Assembly (NCBI GenBank): GCA_021805775.1
Contig: JAJZED010000004.1
Location: 1-64,000 of the forward strand
Source of the DNA: a bacterium
GTDB taxonomy: Bacteria; Vulcanimicrobiota; Vulcanimicrobiia; Vulcanimicrobiales; Vulcanimicrobiaceae
DNA length: 64,000 nucleotides
Direction of reading: 5' to 3'
The notes under the pieces are model-generated. The model did no database searches. It saw only the letters and a list, made by a program, of their open reading frames with translations, and was not told the origin of the DNA. This document shows, in pieces, positions 49,747 through 60,075 of this stretch. How positions within the stretch are numbered: position 1 is the first letter of the stretch; every line of letters starts with the position of its first letter. A program made the translations under genes and the position numbers.

Positions 49747-51300
49747 CTACAGCGGAATATTCCCGTGCTTGCGTTTCGGGCGTTCGACGCGCTTGTTATC
49801 GAGCATCGTAAGGGCAGCGGCGACCGCGCGCCGCGTCGAGCGCGCCTCGATAACGTCGTCGATATAGCCGCGTTGCGCGGCGATATACGGGTTGGCGAAA
49901 CGATCGGTATACTCGTCGATAAGCTCGGCCATTTTTGCAGCCGGGTCGTTCGCCGCGGCGATCTCGCGACGGAAGATCGTTTTCACCGCTCCCTCGGCAC
50001 CCATCACGGCGATCTCGGCGGTCGGCCACGCGAGATTGATATCGGCGCGGATATGCTTGCTCGCCATAACGTCGTAAGCGCCGCCGTAGGCTTTGCGCGT
50101 GATGACGGTGATTTTCGGCACCGTTGCCTCGGCGTAGGCGTAGAGCAGTTTAGCGCCATGCAGGATGATGCCGCCGTACTCTTGTTCGGTACCGGGAAGA
50201 AACCCAGGCACGTCTTCGAAGGTGAGGATCGGGATGTTGAAGGCGTCGCAAGTGCGTACGAAGCGCGCCGCCTTAATCGATGACTGAATATCGAGAACCC
50301 CTGCGAGAACGTTCGGCTGATTGGCGACGATGCCGATGCTGCGCCCGTCGATACGACCGAAGCCGACGATGATATTGCGCGCGAATTCGGGTTGAATCTC
50401 GAAGAAGATGCCTTCGTCGAGAACGGCGCGGAGAACGTCGTGCATATCGTAGGGTTTGTTGGGAGAATCGGGGATGAGGGCGTCGAGCTCGGGGGCTTCG
50501 CGCTCCGCATCGTCTGGGGTGTCGAAGCGCGGTGGATCTTCGAGATTGTTCTGCGGGAGATACGAGAGCAGCTCGTGGGTCTGCGCGACGAGATCGTCCT
50601 CGTCGACGGCGACGAGATGAGCGACGCCGCTCTTTCGCGCGTGCGCGAGCGCCCCGCCGAGTTCTTCGAATGTGACTTCTTCGCCGGTAACCGTTTTAAT
50701 AATCTCGGGTCCGGTAATGAACATCTGCGAGATGCCCTGCGTCATGATCGTGAAATCGGTGATCGCCGGCGAATAGACTGCGCCGCCGGCGCACGGACCG
50801 GCGATGAGGCTGAGTTGCGGAATCACGCCGCTTGCCTGAACGTTGCGCCAAAAAATCTCCGCGTAGCCGCCGAGCGAAACGACGCCCTCTTGAATGCGAG
50901 CGCCGCCTGAATCGTTGATGCCGATCATCGGCGCGCCGGTACGCACTGCGAGATCCATCACCTTGCAAATTTTTTCGGCGAAGGCTTCGCCGAGCGATCC
51001 ACCGAGCACGCTGAAATCTTGCGAGAAAAGAAAGACCGGGCGCCCGGCAATCGTTGCATGGCCGGTGATAACGCCGTCGCCGAGAAATTCGCGTTCGTCG
51101 AGTCCGAACGCCGTCGTCCTGTGCGTGACGAAGGCGTCGAGCTCGTGAAAACTCTGCGGGTCGACGAGCGCCTCGACGCGTTCGCGCGCACTGCGTTTTC
51201 CCCGCGCGTGCTGCCGTTCGATGCCCTCGGGTCCGGTCGGCTCGAGCGCGAGCGCCCGTCGGCGCGCGAGTTCGGCATATTTGTCCTGCGTCGTCTTCAT
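49747..51300 (-). CDS. pccB: Propionyl-CoA carboxylase beta subunit / acyl-CoA carboxyltransferase
   Basis: Carboxyltransferase N- and C-halves: [41 protein letters not shown]. Start at [11 protein letters not shown], by alignment with actinobacterial PccB N-termini. Confidence 0.9.
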   Translation of the reverse strand: MKTTQDKYAELARRRALALEPTGPEGIERQHARGKRSARERVEALVDPQSFHELDAFVTHRTTAFGLDEREFLGDGVITGHATIAGRPVFLFSQDFSVLGGSLGEAFAEKICKVMDLAVRTGAPMIGINDSGGARIQEGVVSLGGYAEIFWRNVQASGVIPQLSLIAGPCAGGAVYSPAITDFTIMTQGISQMFITGPEIIKTVTGEEVTFEELGGALAHARKSGVAHLVAVDEDDLVAQTHELLSYLPQNNLEDPPRFDTPDDAEREAPELDALIPDSPNKPYDMHDVLRAVLDEGIFFEIQPEFARNIIVGFGRIDGRSIGIVANQPNVLAGVLDIQSSIKAARFVRTCDAFNIPILTFEDVPGFLPGTEQEYGGIILHGAKLLYAYAEATVPKITVITRKAYGGAYDVMASKHIRADINLAWPTAEIAVMGAEGAVKTIFRREIAAANDPAAKMAELIDEYTDRFANPYIAAQRGYIDDVIEARSTRRAVAAALTMLDNKRVERPKRKHGNIPL

Positions 51301-51362
51301 CGCCGATGGGCTTTGCGCGCCCGGCGGGTGCCCCCTCTGCGCGGGGACGAATAGCCCCACCT

Positions 51363-51866
51363 ATGGATCGAGAGCGCACGTACGCCTGGGGCGACCCCGG
51401 GGAACTTCTTGCGGCGATGGGGCGCGAGGAGCAGCACCTCGGCTGGATGCAGGGAATGATCGAGGGCCGGCTCCCGGCGCCGGCCTTCGGCGCGACGCTC
51501 GAACTTCGGCCGGTTGAGGCAAGCCTCGAATCGATGAGCTTCGCGATGCCCCTTCGCGAGTGGATGCTCAACCCGGCGGGGGTGATTCACGGCGGCGTTT
51601 TGGCGACGCTGCTGGATTCGGCGATGACGCTCGCGGTCATCGCCCATCTGGATCGTTCCAAGATCGCCACCACCACGACCCTTACCACGCACTTCGTCCG
51701 TCCGCTGCTCGCCGATGGCAGCGAGGTTCGCGCGCTCGCCCAGGTCCTGCACTGCGGACGCACCCACGCGACGGCGCGCGCGGAGATCACCGATACCAAG
51801 GGGCGCCTCATCGCGCATGGCGATGCGGCATTTGCGGTCATCCCCGCGCCCTTCGCTTCGCCATAG
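51363..51866 (+). CDS. PaaI/hotdog-fold thioesterase
   Basis: About 167 aa. Hotdog signature GVIHGGVLATLLDSAM and C-terminal GRLIAHGDAAFAV. Transcribed divergently from pccB. Confidence 0.7.
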   Translation: MDRERTYAWGDPGELLAAMGREEQHLGWMQGMIEGRLPAPAFGATLELRPVEASLESMSFAMPLREWMLNPAGVIHGGVLATLLDSAMTLAVIAHLDRSKIATTTTLTTHFVRPLLADGSEVRALAQVLHCGRTHATARAEITDTKGRLIAHGDAAFAVIPAPFASP

Positions 51867-51984
51867 CGCCTCGTTCCCTGCGACTATTCTCGGAATACTC
51901 TTCGGAAATTCCCGCGATTCTCTTCGCTCCCCAATACGATAGCGAAATAGAAATATGTAGCGCGTTGACGATTGGGAGATAGCT

Positions 51985-52470
51985 ATGAAAATTCGTAACT
52001 CACGAAGCATTCTGTCGGCGGTCTTGGGCGGGGCGCTCTTCCTCGGCGGCGTCGCTTACGGCGCGCAGCTTCAGCAGTCGACCCAGAAAGATCTCATGAC
52101 GGCCATGCACGGTGAGGCGTTTGCGTATGCCAAGTACATGGCGTTCGCCGACGAAGCGCGCACGCATGGGGAGCCGAAAATTGCGGCCCTCTTCGAACGC
52201 ACGGCGAACGTCGAAATAAAGTCTCATTTTGCGACGCACGCGCATCAGTATGGCCTCGTGCGGAGCACCGCCGCGAATCTCCAGAACGCGATCGATGGCG
52301 AAAATTACGAGACGACGAAGATGTATCCGGAGATGGCGGCTCGCGCCCGCGCCGCCGGGGATCTCGGCGTTGCCGCGATTTTCACCGCGGTCGGCAAAGA
52401 CGAAGCGACACACCGGAATCAGTTTCAGGCAGCGCTTGCAACGCTTCGTAAGGGCGGCAAGGGAAGGTAG
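51985..52470 (+). CDS. Rubrerythrin/ferritin-like diiron protein with N-terminal signal peptide
   Basis: Signal peptide (SILSAVLGGALFLGGVAYGA). Two E-x-x-H pairs (EAFAYAKY ... E ... H and ENYETTKMYPE ... EATH), typical of the rubrerythrin four-helix bundle. Confidence 0.65.
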   Translation: MKIRNSRSILSAVLGGALFLGGVAYGAQLQQSTQKDLMTAMHGEAFAYAKYMAFADEARTHGEPKIAALFERTANVEIKSHFATHAHQYGLVRSTAANLQNAIDGENYETTKMYPEMAARARAAGDLGVAAIFTAVGKDEATHRNQFQAALATLRKGGKGR

Positions 52471-52551
52471 CTTTCCTGCTCGCTCGGCGTATCGGGCGTG
52501 TACGTACGTGGCCGCCACGCTTTGGATCCACCGCAGAGCGAAACAGGAACG

Positions 52552-52587
52552 CGCGGGTGAGTTCGGCGATCGCCGAACTCACCCGCG
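52552..52587. repeat. 36-bp perfect palindrome (18-bp arms) between convergent genes
   Basis: CGCGGGTGAGTTCGGCGA|TCGCCGAACTCACCCGCG. No flanking U/A tract. Candidate factor-independent bidirectional terminator or protein-binding operator. Confidence 0.6.
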
Positions 52588-52631
52588 GCTATGTTGCAAT
52601 CCGGGCGCGTCTTCGATTCTAGGGGGAGTCG

Positions 52632-53060
52632 TTATGCGATGCCGGCGGGTTCGCGCGATCGCTGGTGCGCGAAGAGACGGTCGACGATAATGTAGAGGGC
52701 GTCGCAGGTCTCAAGGAAGGCCGAAATTTGCGGCGTCACGCGGCGCCACGACTCGACGAAGGCGAACGGCTGCCGGACTAACACCTCGCGCTGCCAACTC
52801 GGAAGTACGGATAAAATCGTCCGGTGCAGATCGTCGCTCTCGCCGAGATGGGCGCGCCACATCGGCGTTAGGCGAAGGCTCGCGCTAATACGCTCCTCTT
52901 CGTCGCGCAGGCGCGCAAAAGTCTCGAAAAAATCGTTGACGAGCGTGAGGCAGTCGTCGACGTGAATATCTTGCGAGCGTCGCGGGATCGTCGCAACGAG
53001 ATGTCGCAGGTGCGCGACGCAGGCGCGCGCGGCGGAGGTGAGTTCGTCGATATCGCCCAT
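52632..53060 (-). CDS. Hypothetical protein
   Basis: 142 aa from the MGDIDEL Met. The alternative start at 53081 would overlap the upstream HD-GYP stop. Helical, with no recognised motif. Lies downstream of the HD-GYP gene on the same strand. Confidence 0.4.
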   Translation of the reverse strand: MGDIDELTSAARACVAHLRHLVATIPRRSQDIHVDDCLTLVNDFFETFARLRDEEERISASLRLTPMWRAHLGESDDLHRTILSVLPSWQREVLVRQPFAFVESWRRVTPQISAFLETCDALYIIVDRLFAHQRSREPAGIA

Positions 53061-53065
53061 CGCAT

Positions 53066-53938
53066 TTACGCCGCGACGCACTTTGCTGCGCCCAGCGTCG
53101 TGCGGAGTGCGTCGACGACGTCGGTATCAAAGAGTCGCCCCCGATGCTCCTCGATATAGGCGAGAACCTCGGAAGCTTCGTACGTCGGTGCGTAAGAGCG
53201 AGGTGAGGTCATCGCGTGGAACACGTCGGCGACGGCGACAACGCGGGATTCAAAGGGAATCTCGCTCCCGACGAGTCCGTCGGGATAACCCGAACCGTCG
53301 ATGCGTTCGTGATGCGAACGCACGGCGGCGGCGTACCGCGACAGGAGGGCATCGCGAGCGACGATCTCCTGGCTCTCGCGAACGTGATTCTCGACGATGC
53401 CGCGCTTCTGGGGGGGTAGCACGGCACCGTCGAGAATGGTTTTTGGCAGACGAATCTTGCCGACGTCGTGAATGCGGCCGACGTTCGCACAATCACGCGC
53501 GACCTCGCTGTTGCAACCCATCGCCAAAGCGATGCGCATTGCCAGCGATCCGACCGAAGTGGAATGGTTGGCGAGAGCTGGATTCACGGCGGCGATCGCG
53601 GCGATCATCCCGTCGATGTACGTGCTCTCGGAGGAGGCGCGGCGCGCTTCGATCTCTTGGAGTTGTGAATCGACGACGCTACGCAATTGGTCGAGCCGTC
53701 GGGTGACGAGCGAACGGCCGTGCGGAGCGACGCTGCGAAGATAATCGGAGATCGCGGCGTCGAGAAGATGGGCGATGTCGGGGCGCGAGGCAGCGTGCGA
53801 TTCGCGCGCCACCCACGAGAGAATGCTCGAATCGTTCCCATCGCGCGCCATTCCCTTCACGCGCTCTCCCAAATCGTGGAATGCAACGTTAAGATCGGGA
53901 TAACGCTCCCGAAGAACGGGCGGGCGATGGGCGATCAC
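53066..53938 (-). CDS. HD-GYP domain c-di-GMP phosphodiesterase
   Basis: HD motif (HDVGKI), second metal His cluster (HHERIDGSGYPDG), lid-region GYP. GTG start. Confidence 0.8.
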   Translation of the reverse strand: MIAHRPPVLRERYPDLNVAFHDLGERVKGMARDGNDSSILSWVARESHAASRPDIAHLLDAAISDYLRSVAPHGRSLVTRRLDQLRSVVDSQLQEIEARRASSESTYIDGMIAAIAAVNPALANHSTSVGSLAMRIALAMGCNSEVARDCANVGRIHDVGKIRLPKTILDGAVLPPQKRGIVENHVRESQEIVARDALLSRYAAAVRSHHERIDGSGYPDGLVGSEIPFESRVVAVADVFHAMTSPRSYAPTYEASEVLAYIEEHRGRLFDTDVVDALRTTLGAAKCVAA

Positions 53939-53955
53939 GTTCGTGAGCCTACTGT

Positions 53956-54018
53956 TTAGAGGACGATGGGCGGATAGATCGCAGTGACGATGATGGCGAT
54001 AACGATTGCGGTGGTCAT
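53956..54018 (-). CDS. 20-aa hydrophobic single-TM peptide (MTTAIVIAIIVTAIYPPIVL)
   Basis: ATG is preceded by GAGGAG 6 nt upstream. A stop follows 20 codons later. Ends 17 nt before the HD-GYP start. Fully hydrophobic, of KdpF/Prli42-like small membrane protein size. The surrounding 76-aa track ORF is Arg/Ser-rich upstream of this Met. Confidence 0.45.
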   Translation of the reverse strand: MTTAIVIAIIVTAIYPPIVL

Positions 54019-54127
54019 GAAGTTCTCCTCGGCATGGAACGAGTGAAAGATCAAGTTCATGCTACGGGCGGAGAGCGGCGGCGTATATAGTCCAAATTGA
54101 GTAGAGCGTTGCGAGCCACCGTATCGG

Positions 54128-56671
54128 CTAGAGATATCCTCGCTGCTTGGCGATCGCAATCGCCTCGATGCGATTGGTCGCCTCAAGCTTGCGGAAGATC
54201 GAGCGCAGGTGGGCGCGAATGGTGGCGACGCTTCGTGCCGAAGATTCGGCGATGCGCTTCGGCGTTAGCCCGCGGTCGAGCGCTATCACGATCTCCAACT
54301 CGGCCTGAGTGAGGACATATAAGCGCTCTATGGTCGCCCCGTTGGGTTTCAGAGAATCGAGTGCGGTGCGCAATAGCCGAGCGAAACCATGTCGACCCGC
54401 CGCATCGAGGCCCGCAATTGCGGCGCGCCGCTCGCTCTCCGCATTGCCGGGATGCGCGAGGGCGATCGTCCGGACCGCCTCGCAGAGCGCGCGGTCCCAC
54501 GCTCTGTTAACCCTCTGCGGCAGATGACGGAGGGCGAGGCTCGGGCGCCCGGAAAAGATCTCGGCGATCGCGAGGTGCGTTCGCGCGACGATATCGAAGT
54601 TCCGATCGATCGCCGTTGCGCGCGGCGGGGCGCTCTTCGCCAGATCGATCTCGGAGATCGCTTCATCGCGATTGCCTGAAAATGCGCGAAACATCGCCGT
54701 CGTCGCCACGAGCGCACGCGCCTCAGATGCGTTGTGAATCTCGCCAATGCAAGAAGCCAATCGTCTCGTCGCCTCGGCAAAATTACGATCCCACCCCAGG
54801 CGCGTCGCCGTCGCGAAGGCGTAAAAAAAGTCACTGCGATAAATTTTCCCGGCAGAGGCGATCGTCGAGGAGAGCGTTGCCGCCTTTTCGGCGTCGCCGA
54901 ATTCAACCGCGATCGAAAACCGGAGGCGCCGCGCGTGCTCCGCAATCTGTCGATTTCCGTCGCGTTCGGCGCTCCTCTCCATTTCGGTCGCATATTGCAA
55001 AGCGTGGCCGAGGTCGTCGTGAAATGTGACAGAAAGCGAGGATAGAATTCCGTAGAGCCCGGCTACGAGCGCGTCATCCCCCAAGCGTCGCGCGAGTTCG
55101 AGCGCTCGCATCGCAATACGCTCGGCGTCGGCCGGCCGGTCGCAGTGGAACGCCACCCAGGCGGCGCGCATCGAGACGCGGGCGACGAGCGCCTCTTCGC
55201 CCTCGACGCTCACCTCTTCGAGTGCGGCGCGTACTTCACGCCACGCCTCATCGAGGTTGCCGGTGACCACGAGCGCGAGCGCATGAACGCTGCGAGAATC
55301 GGCGCGACTCATCGCGCTTCCCTCCTCGACCGCCGGGGCGATCGTCGCGAGCGCCTCCGGGCGCGCGAGGTTTATATAGAGCAGACTCAAGCGCCGCGAG
55401 AGTGCCGAGTGTAACTCGGGGTCACGACAGGCGCGAATCGCGGCGATATAGAGTTGCTCGGAGCGATCGACGTTGCCGTGGAAGGCTTCGAGCGCCGCGC
55501 GGACGCCCAAGAGCATCGGCTCGCCGCGTCGTCGTTCCAGCGAGACGGCGTGCAACGCCTGTTCGACGCTCTCCCAACGCCCGGCATCGAGTAATGCGAA
55601 GCCTTCTTGCGCCAGCAGCGCATCGATGCGTTCGGGTGCGTAGGTCCGCGCGAGGTCGAGCGCCTCGCCGGCTCGTCCGCATGCGGCGAGTGCCGCGACG
55701 ACGCGCGAGAGAATCGCACTGCGCTCCTGCGGGATCGCCGAGCGAACGATCGCCTCGGTGGCAAGATCGTGGAGGCTCATGCGCGTCGGCGCATCGTGAA
55801 TCGGGAATGCGGACTCGCGCAGCCAGCGCAGACCCGCATGCGGCTCGGCGACTCCGCAGCGTTCGAGCAACTCCGCATCGATCCAGCGCGCAAAGGCCGC
55901 GACCAAGGCGAGTTCGCGCCATTGCGGCGGCGATTCATGGGCGAACTGCTCGGCAAGATAGGCGAAGGCCATCTCTCGCGTCATCGCTTGTAAGGCGATG
56001 AGATCGCCGGCACGCTCGGCGGCGCGTTGTGCGAAGCGCAGGACGATCGGCCAACCATCGGCGAGCGAGAGCGCCGCGCGGAGGGCCCCTTCGTCGAGAT
56101 GCGGGGCGCGTTCGGCGAGCAACGCGCGCGCCGCAGGCGGCTCCAGCGCGAGGTCGTCGGCGACGACTGCAAGCGATGCGTCGCCGGTCGCAAGCCAATT
56201 TCCCCAGGGCAGCGGCAACGCACGCCGCGAGATCAGCAGCCACCGTGCTTCGTGCAGGCGCTCGACGAGCGCTTCGAGGAGCGCCATAGAAAGATGGTCG
56301 TCGACGAGAAGATGCAGGTCGTCGAGCGCGAGCAGCGGCTCGAGATCGAGGCGATGGGCGCAGAACCACTCGACGAGCGCGCGCACGCTCTCATCTTCGC
56401 GCGCCTCTTTTAAGAGCTTGGCGAGCGCCGCGCGCGAGAGCTCGAACGCATCGGCGAGGAGAAAGGCAAGCGCTCCGCTCTCGGCGGGTGCGTCGCGAAC
56501 CTCGATCCAGCGAACCGAACGCCCGGTACAGGCGGCTCGCGCTGCGGTGCTCTTCCCCCAGCCCGCCCCGGCTTGGATGCGTGCTACGCGAAAACGCAGC
56601 GCGGCGGAAACGGCGATCTCGGCGCGCCCCTTTGCCGCCCCGATCTCGCCGATCCGTTTACCAGATGCCAA
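54128..56671 (-). CDS. LuxR-family STAND (MalT-like) transcriptional regulator: P-loop NTPase + helical repeats + LuxR HTH
   Basis: Walker A GAGWGKST near the N-terminus. Long Ala/Leu-rich TPR-like middle. C-terminal LuxR HTH (LTQAELEIVIALDRGLTPKRIAESSARSVATIRAHLRSIFRKL). Confidence 0.8.
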   Translation of the reverse strand: MASGKRIGEIGAAKGRAEIAVSAALRFRVARIQAGAGWGKSTAARAACTGRSVRWIEVRDAPAESGALAFLLADAFELSRAALAKLLKEAREDESVRALVEWFCAHRLDLEPLLALDDLHLLVDDHLSMALLEALVERLHEARWLLISRRALPLPWGNWLATGDASLAVVADDLALEPPAARALLAERAPHLDEGALRAALSLADGWPIVLRFAQRAAERAGDLIALQAMTREMAFAYLAEQFAHESPPQWRELALVAAFARWIDAELLERCGVAEPHAGLRWLRESAFPIHDAPTRMSLHDLATEAIVRSAIPQERSAILSRVVAALAACGRAGEALDLARTYAPERIDALLAQEGFALLDAGRWESVEQALHAVSLERRRGEPMLLGVRAALEAFHGNVDRSEQLYIAAIRACRDPELHSALSRRLSLLYINLARPEALATIAPAVEEGSAMSRADSRSVHALALVVTGNLDEAWREVRAALEEVSVEGEEALVARVSMRAAWVAFHCDRPADAERIAMRALELARRLGDDALVAGLYGILSSLSVTFHDDLGHALQYATEMERSAERDGNRQIAEHARRLRFSIAVEFGDAEKAATLSSTIASAGKIYRSDFFYAFATATRLGWDRNFAEATRRLASCIGEIHNASEARALVATTAMFRAFSGNRDEAISEIDLAKSAPPRATAIDRNFDIVARTHLAIAEIFSGRPSLALRHLPQRVNRAWDRALCEAVRTIALAHPGNAESERRAAIAGLDAAGRHGFARLLRTALDSLKPNGATIERLYVLTQAELEIVIALDRGLTPKRIAESSARSVATIRAHLRSIFRKLEATNRIEAIAIAKQRGYL

Positions 56672-56969
56672 GGGCGACCTTCACATCGTCGCTCGCCATC
56701 GTTTTCGGATCCCACGGAGGGGAGAACGTAATCTCCACTTTCACGCTCTCGACGCCATCGACGGCTTTCGTGCGATCTTCCACCGACTGTTTGAAGAGCG
56801 GGCCGACCGGGCACATCGGCGAGGTCAAGGTCATCGTTACGGTAACGTGCTCGCCCTTTGCGCCTTCGACCGTGACGTCGTAGAGCAATCCTAATTCGAC
56901 AATACCGAGATTGAGTTCGGGGTCTTTGACCTCCGCGAGTGCTTCGCGAACTTGGTCGACGGTCGGCAT
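56658..56969 (-). CDS. DUF59/MIP18-family Fe-S cluster assembly protein (SufT-like)
   Basis: 103 aa. DPELNLGIVELGLLYDV ... LTSPMCPV with the conserved Cys. Classic DUF59. Confidence 0.75.
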   Translation of the reverse strand: MPTVDQVREALAEVKDPELNLGIVELGLLYDVTVEGAKGEHVTVTMTLTSPMCPVGPLFKQSVEDRTKAVDGVESVKVEITFSPPWDPKTMASDDVKVALGIW

Positions 56970-57042
56970 GGGGAGTGCTCTTTCTACTTTACAACAAACG
57001 CTTCGATAGGCTTTCGGAACCTACGCGCCGTAGGGTGCCGAT

Positions 57043-57498
57043 GTGTCAATGCGCCGTATGGGATTGCTCTCAACCATCACCTTCCTCCTTGCGCTCGCGC
57101 CGGGAGTCGCGCTTGCGGGCGCCTCTGCTGCCGTGGGCCTCGCCGTCACCAGCCAGCCGAACTCGACCGGGGGGATGGCCATCCTCAGCAGCGGGCCATC
57201 GATTCCCTTGCTGCCGATCGATTTTCAGGGCAGTCTCGCGGTGCCGCTCACCAAGAACGGCGGCTTTGCGTTGACCGCCGAGATGCGCGGCTTCACCGGA
57301 GGCGGCTTCGGCGGCGCCTATTTCGGGGGCGGGGTCGGGCTCGGGACGATCGGCACCACCCGGACGATGGGGCCGGTTCTGACGGTCTTTGCCGGCAAGT
57401 CGATCGCGCCGTTTACCTCGTTGGAGATTCGCCTCTACCAAGCCACGCGGGATGGGGGCAGCACGATCGGGTTCGTCGGGCTTCGCTTCGGGCTGTAA
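57043..57498 (+). CDS. Gly-rich secreted hypothetical protein (possible small beta-barrel/outer-membrane protein)
   Basis: Signal peptide MSMRRMGLLSTITFLLALAPGVALA. Gly-rich beta-strand-like repeats. C-terminal aromatic residue (RFGL). Confidence 0.5.
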   Translation: MSMRRMGLLSTITFLLALAPGVALAGASAAVGLAVTSQPNSTGGMAILSSGPSIPLLPIDFQGSLAVPLTKNGGFALTAEMRGFTGGGFGGAYFGGGVGLGTIGTTRTMGPVLTVFAGKSIAPFTSLEIRLYQATRDGGSTIGFVGLRFGL

Positions 57499-57555
57499 CG
57501 AGCGAAACTTTATGCGCGTTCTACGGTTGGAGAGAGTAAGAGGAGACGAGTAAAG

Positions 57556-60054
57556 ATGTCGATGTGGGAACCGTTCACCGAGCGGGCGCGCCGGAGTATC
57601 GTTTTGGCTCAGGAAGAAGCGCAACGTCTCGGCAATAATTATATCGGTACGGAGCACATCTTGCTCGGCATCATTTCCGAGGGCGAGAGCCTCGCCGCCA
57701 AAGTGCTCGAATCGCTCGGCGTCAATCTAGCAAAAGTGCGCCAGGAAGTCGAAGCGATCGTCGGGCGCGGCGGGCAGTCGATGCAACAAGAGATGGTCTT
57801 CACTCCGCGCGCAAAACGCGTGATCGAGCTCGCGTTCGAAGAAGCGCGTCAGCTCAACCACAACTATATCGGAACCGAACATCTGCTGCTCGGGCTCATC
57901 CGCGAGGGCGAAGGCGTCGCGGCGCGCGTGCTCGCCAATCTCGGCGTCGACCCGGCGAAGGTGCGCGTGCAGACCACGTCGCTTCTCGGGAGCGAGGCGC
58001 AGACGCCGGTTCCGAAAGGAAAGAGTAAGACCCCGACGCTCGACACCTACGGGCGCGACCTCACGCAACTCGCGCGCGACCGTAAGCTCGACCCGGTCAT
58101 CGGGCGTGCGAACGAAATCGAACGCGTGATTCAAATTCTCTCGCGTCGCACCAAGAACAATCCGGCTCTCATCGGTGAGCCCGGCGTCGGCAAAACGGCG
58201 ATCGCCGAAGGGCTCGCGCAGCGCGTGATCTCCGGTGAGATTCCCGAGCCGCTCCGCGACAAGCGCGTCATTACGCTCGATCTCGCGGGGCTCGTCGCCG
58301 GCACGAAATATCGCGGCGAGTTCGAAGAGCGCATGAAACGCGTCATGGACGAAATCCGCAATGCCGCCGGCGAGATTATCCTCTTCATCGACGAGTTGCA
58401 CACGCTCGTCGGTGCGGGAGCCGCCGAAGGCGCGATCGATGCGAGCAATATCATCAAGCCGGCGCTCGCGCGCGGAGAATTGCAATGCATCGGCGCGACG
58501 ACACTCAACGAGTTTCGAAAATACATCGAGAAGGACAGCGCCCTCGAGCGCCGCTTCCAACCCGTGATGGTCGGCGAGCCGAGCCTCGATGAAACCGTCG
58601 AGATTCTTAAAGGGCTGCGCGAACGCTACGAACAGCATCACAAAGTGCGCATCACCGACGACGCGCTCGTTGCTGCCGCAAAGCTCTCGGATCGCTACGT
58701 CACCGATCGCTTCTTGCCCGATAAAGCCGTCGATCTTATCGACGAAGCCGGCTCGCGCGTACGCCTACAGGCGACGTTACCGCCGCGCGAATTGCGCGAG
58801 CTCGATACGCAGATTCGCAAAGTCGTTTCCGACCGCGAGAGTGCGGTAAAGGCGCACGATTTCGACCGCGCGACGGCGCTGCGCGAACAAGAAGAGCGGA
58901 TGCGTCTCGAACGCGGTAAACTCGAGCACGACTGGAAAGAGGCGCGCGCCGCAAGCGAAGGTAAACTCGAAGTAACCGAGGCCGACATCGCACATATCGT
59001 CTCCTCGTGGACGAAGATTCCCGTAAGCCGCCTCGCGCAAGCCGAGACGCAGAAACTTCTGGAGATGAAGGAATCGCTGCATAAGCGCATCGTCGGGCAG
59101 GACGAAGCGATTGAAGTCATCACCCGCGCGATCCGTCGCTCGCGCGCCGGCCTGAAGAACCCAAATCGACCGATCGGTTCGTTCATCTTCCTCGGGCCCA
59201 CCGGCGTCGGCAAGACCGAAGTCGCGCGTAGCCTTGCGGAGTTTCTCTTCGACGACGAAGAATCGATGATCCGCATCGATATGTCGGAGTATATGGAGAA
59301 ATATTCGGTCTCGCGGCTCGTCGGAGCGCCTCCGGGATACGTGGGATACGAAGAAGGCGGGCAACTCACCGAAGCGGTGCGTCGCCGCCCCTACGCCGTC
59401 GTGCTTCTCGACGAGATCGAGAAAGCGCATCCCGACGTCTTCAACCTGCTCCTGCAGATGCTCGACGACGGTCGCTTGACCGATAGCCAAGGGCGGCAGG
59501 TCGATTTTAAAAACGCCGTCGTCATTATGACCAGCAATATCGGCGCGACCGGTATGCAAACGACGACCGATATCGGTTTCCGGCCGCAGAAACTCGATGC
59601 GGACGAGGGCAACAAGGCCTACGAACGCATGAAAGGCAAAGTGCTCGAAGAGGTCAAGCAGTCGTTCCGTCCCGAGTTCCTCAACCGAATCGACGAGCTC
59701 GTCGTTTTCCATCAACTCACGCGCGAACAGATCGAAGAGATCGTCGGTCTGGAACTCGAGAAAGTAATGCGCGAGGTCAAAGCGCAGGATATGCACCTAC
59801 GCGTGACCGATGCGGCGAAGGGCGTGCTGGCAAAGAAGGGCTGGGATCCGCAATTCGGAGCGCGGCCGTTGCGTCGCGCGATTCAACGGCTCGTCGAGGA
59901 CGAACTCGCCGAGGAGATGATCCGCGGGAACTTCACCGCCGGCGATACGATTCTCGCCGATATCGATCCGGAGAACGCGGAGAAATTACGCTTCAGCAAA
60001 ATTCCGTCGGTCGAGCCGCCGACGGCCCCGCCGGCTGAAGCCGCGCACGCATAG
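57556..60054 (+). CDS. clpC: ATP-dependent Clp protease ATP-binding subunit ClpC
   Basis: Two N-terminal Clp-R repeats, two AAA+ modules (GEPGVGKT and GPTGVGKT Walker A), a UVR-like linker between D1 and D2, and a ClpP-docking loop region. 832 aa. Confidence 0.95.
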   Translation: MSMWEPFTERARRSIVLAQEEAQRLGNNYIGTEHILLGIISEGESLAAKVLESLGVNLAKVRQEVEAIVGRGGQSMQQEMVFTPRAKRVIELAFEEARQLNHNYIGTEHLLLGLIREGEGVAARVLANLGVDPAKVRVQTTSLLGSEAQTPVPKGKSKTPTLDTYGRDLTQLARDRKLDPVIGRANEIERVIQILSRRTKNNPALIGEPGVGKTAIAEGLAQRVISGEIPEPLRDKRVITLDLAGLVAGTKYRGEFEERMKRVMDEIRNAAGEIILFIDELHTLVGAGAAEGAIDASNIIKPALARGELQCIGATTLNEFRKYIEKDSALERRFQPVMVGEPSLDETVEILKGLRERYEQHHKVRITDDALVAAAKLSDRYVTDRFLPDKAVDLIDEAGSRVRLQATLPPRELRELDTQIRKVVSDRESAVKAHDFDRATALREQEERMRLERGKLEHDWKEARAASEGKLEVTEADIAHIVSSWTKIPVSRLAQAETQKLLEMKESLHKRIVGQDEAIEVITRAIRRSRAGLKNPNRPIGSFIFLGPTGVGKTEVARSLAEFLFDDEESMIRIDMSEYMEKYSVSRLVGAPPGYVGYEEGGQLTEAVRRRPYAVVLLDEIEKAHPDVFNLLLQMLDDGRLTDSQGRQVDFKNAVVIMTSNIGATGMQTTTDIGFRPQKLDADEGNKAYERMKGKVLEEVKQSFRPEFLNRIDELVVFHQLTREQIEEIVGLELEKVMREVKAQDMHLRVTDAAKGVLAKKGWDPQFGARPLRRAIQRLVEDELAEEMIRGNFTAGDTILADIDPENAEKLRFSKIPSVEPPTAPPAEAAHA

Positions 60055-60075
60055 TCGGCATCTCCGACCCGTAGG

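Noticed and set aside
54128-56671. LuxR-STAND protein as an Avs/NLR-like anti-phage sensor.
   Set aside because: The C-terminal module is a LuxR DNA-binding HTH, not a nuclease, protease or TIR effector. The architecture matches MalT-type transcriptional regulators.
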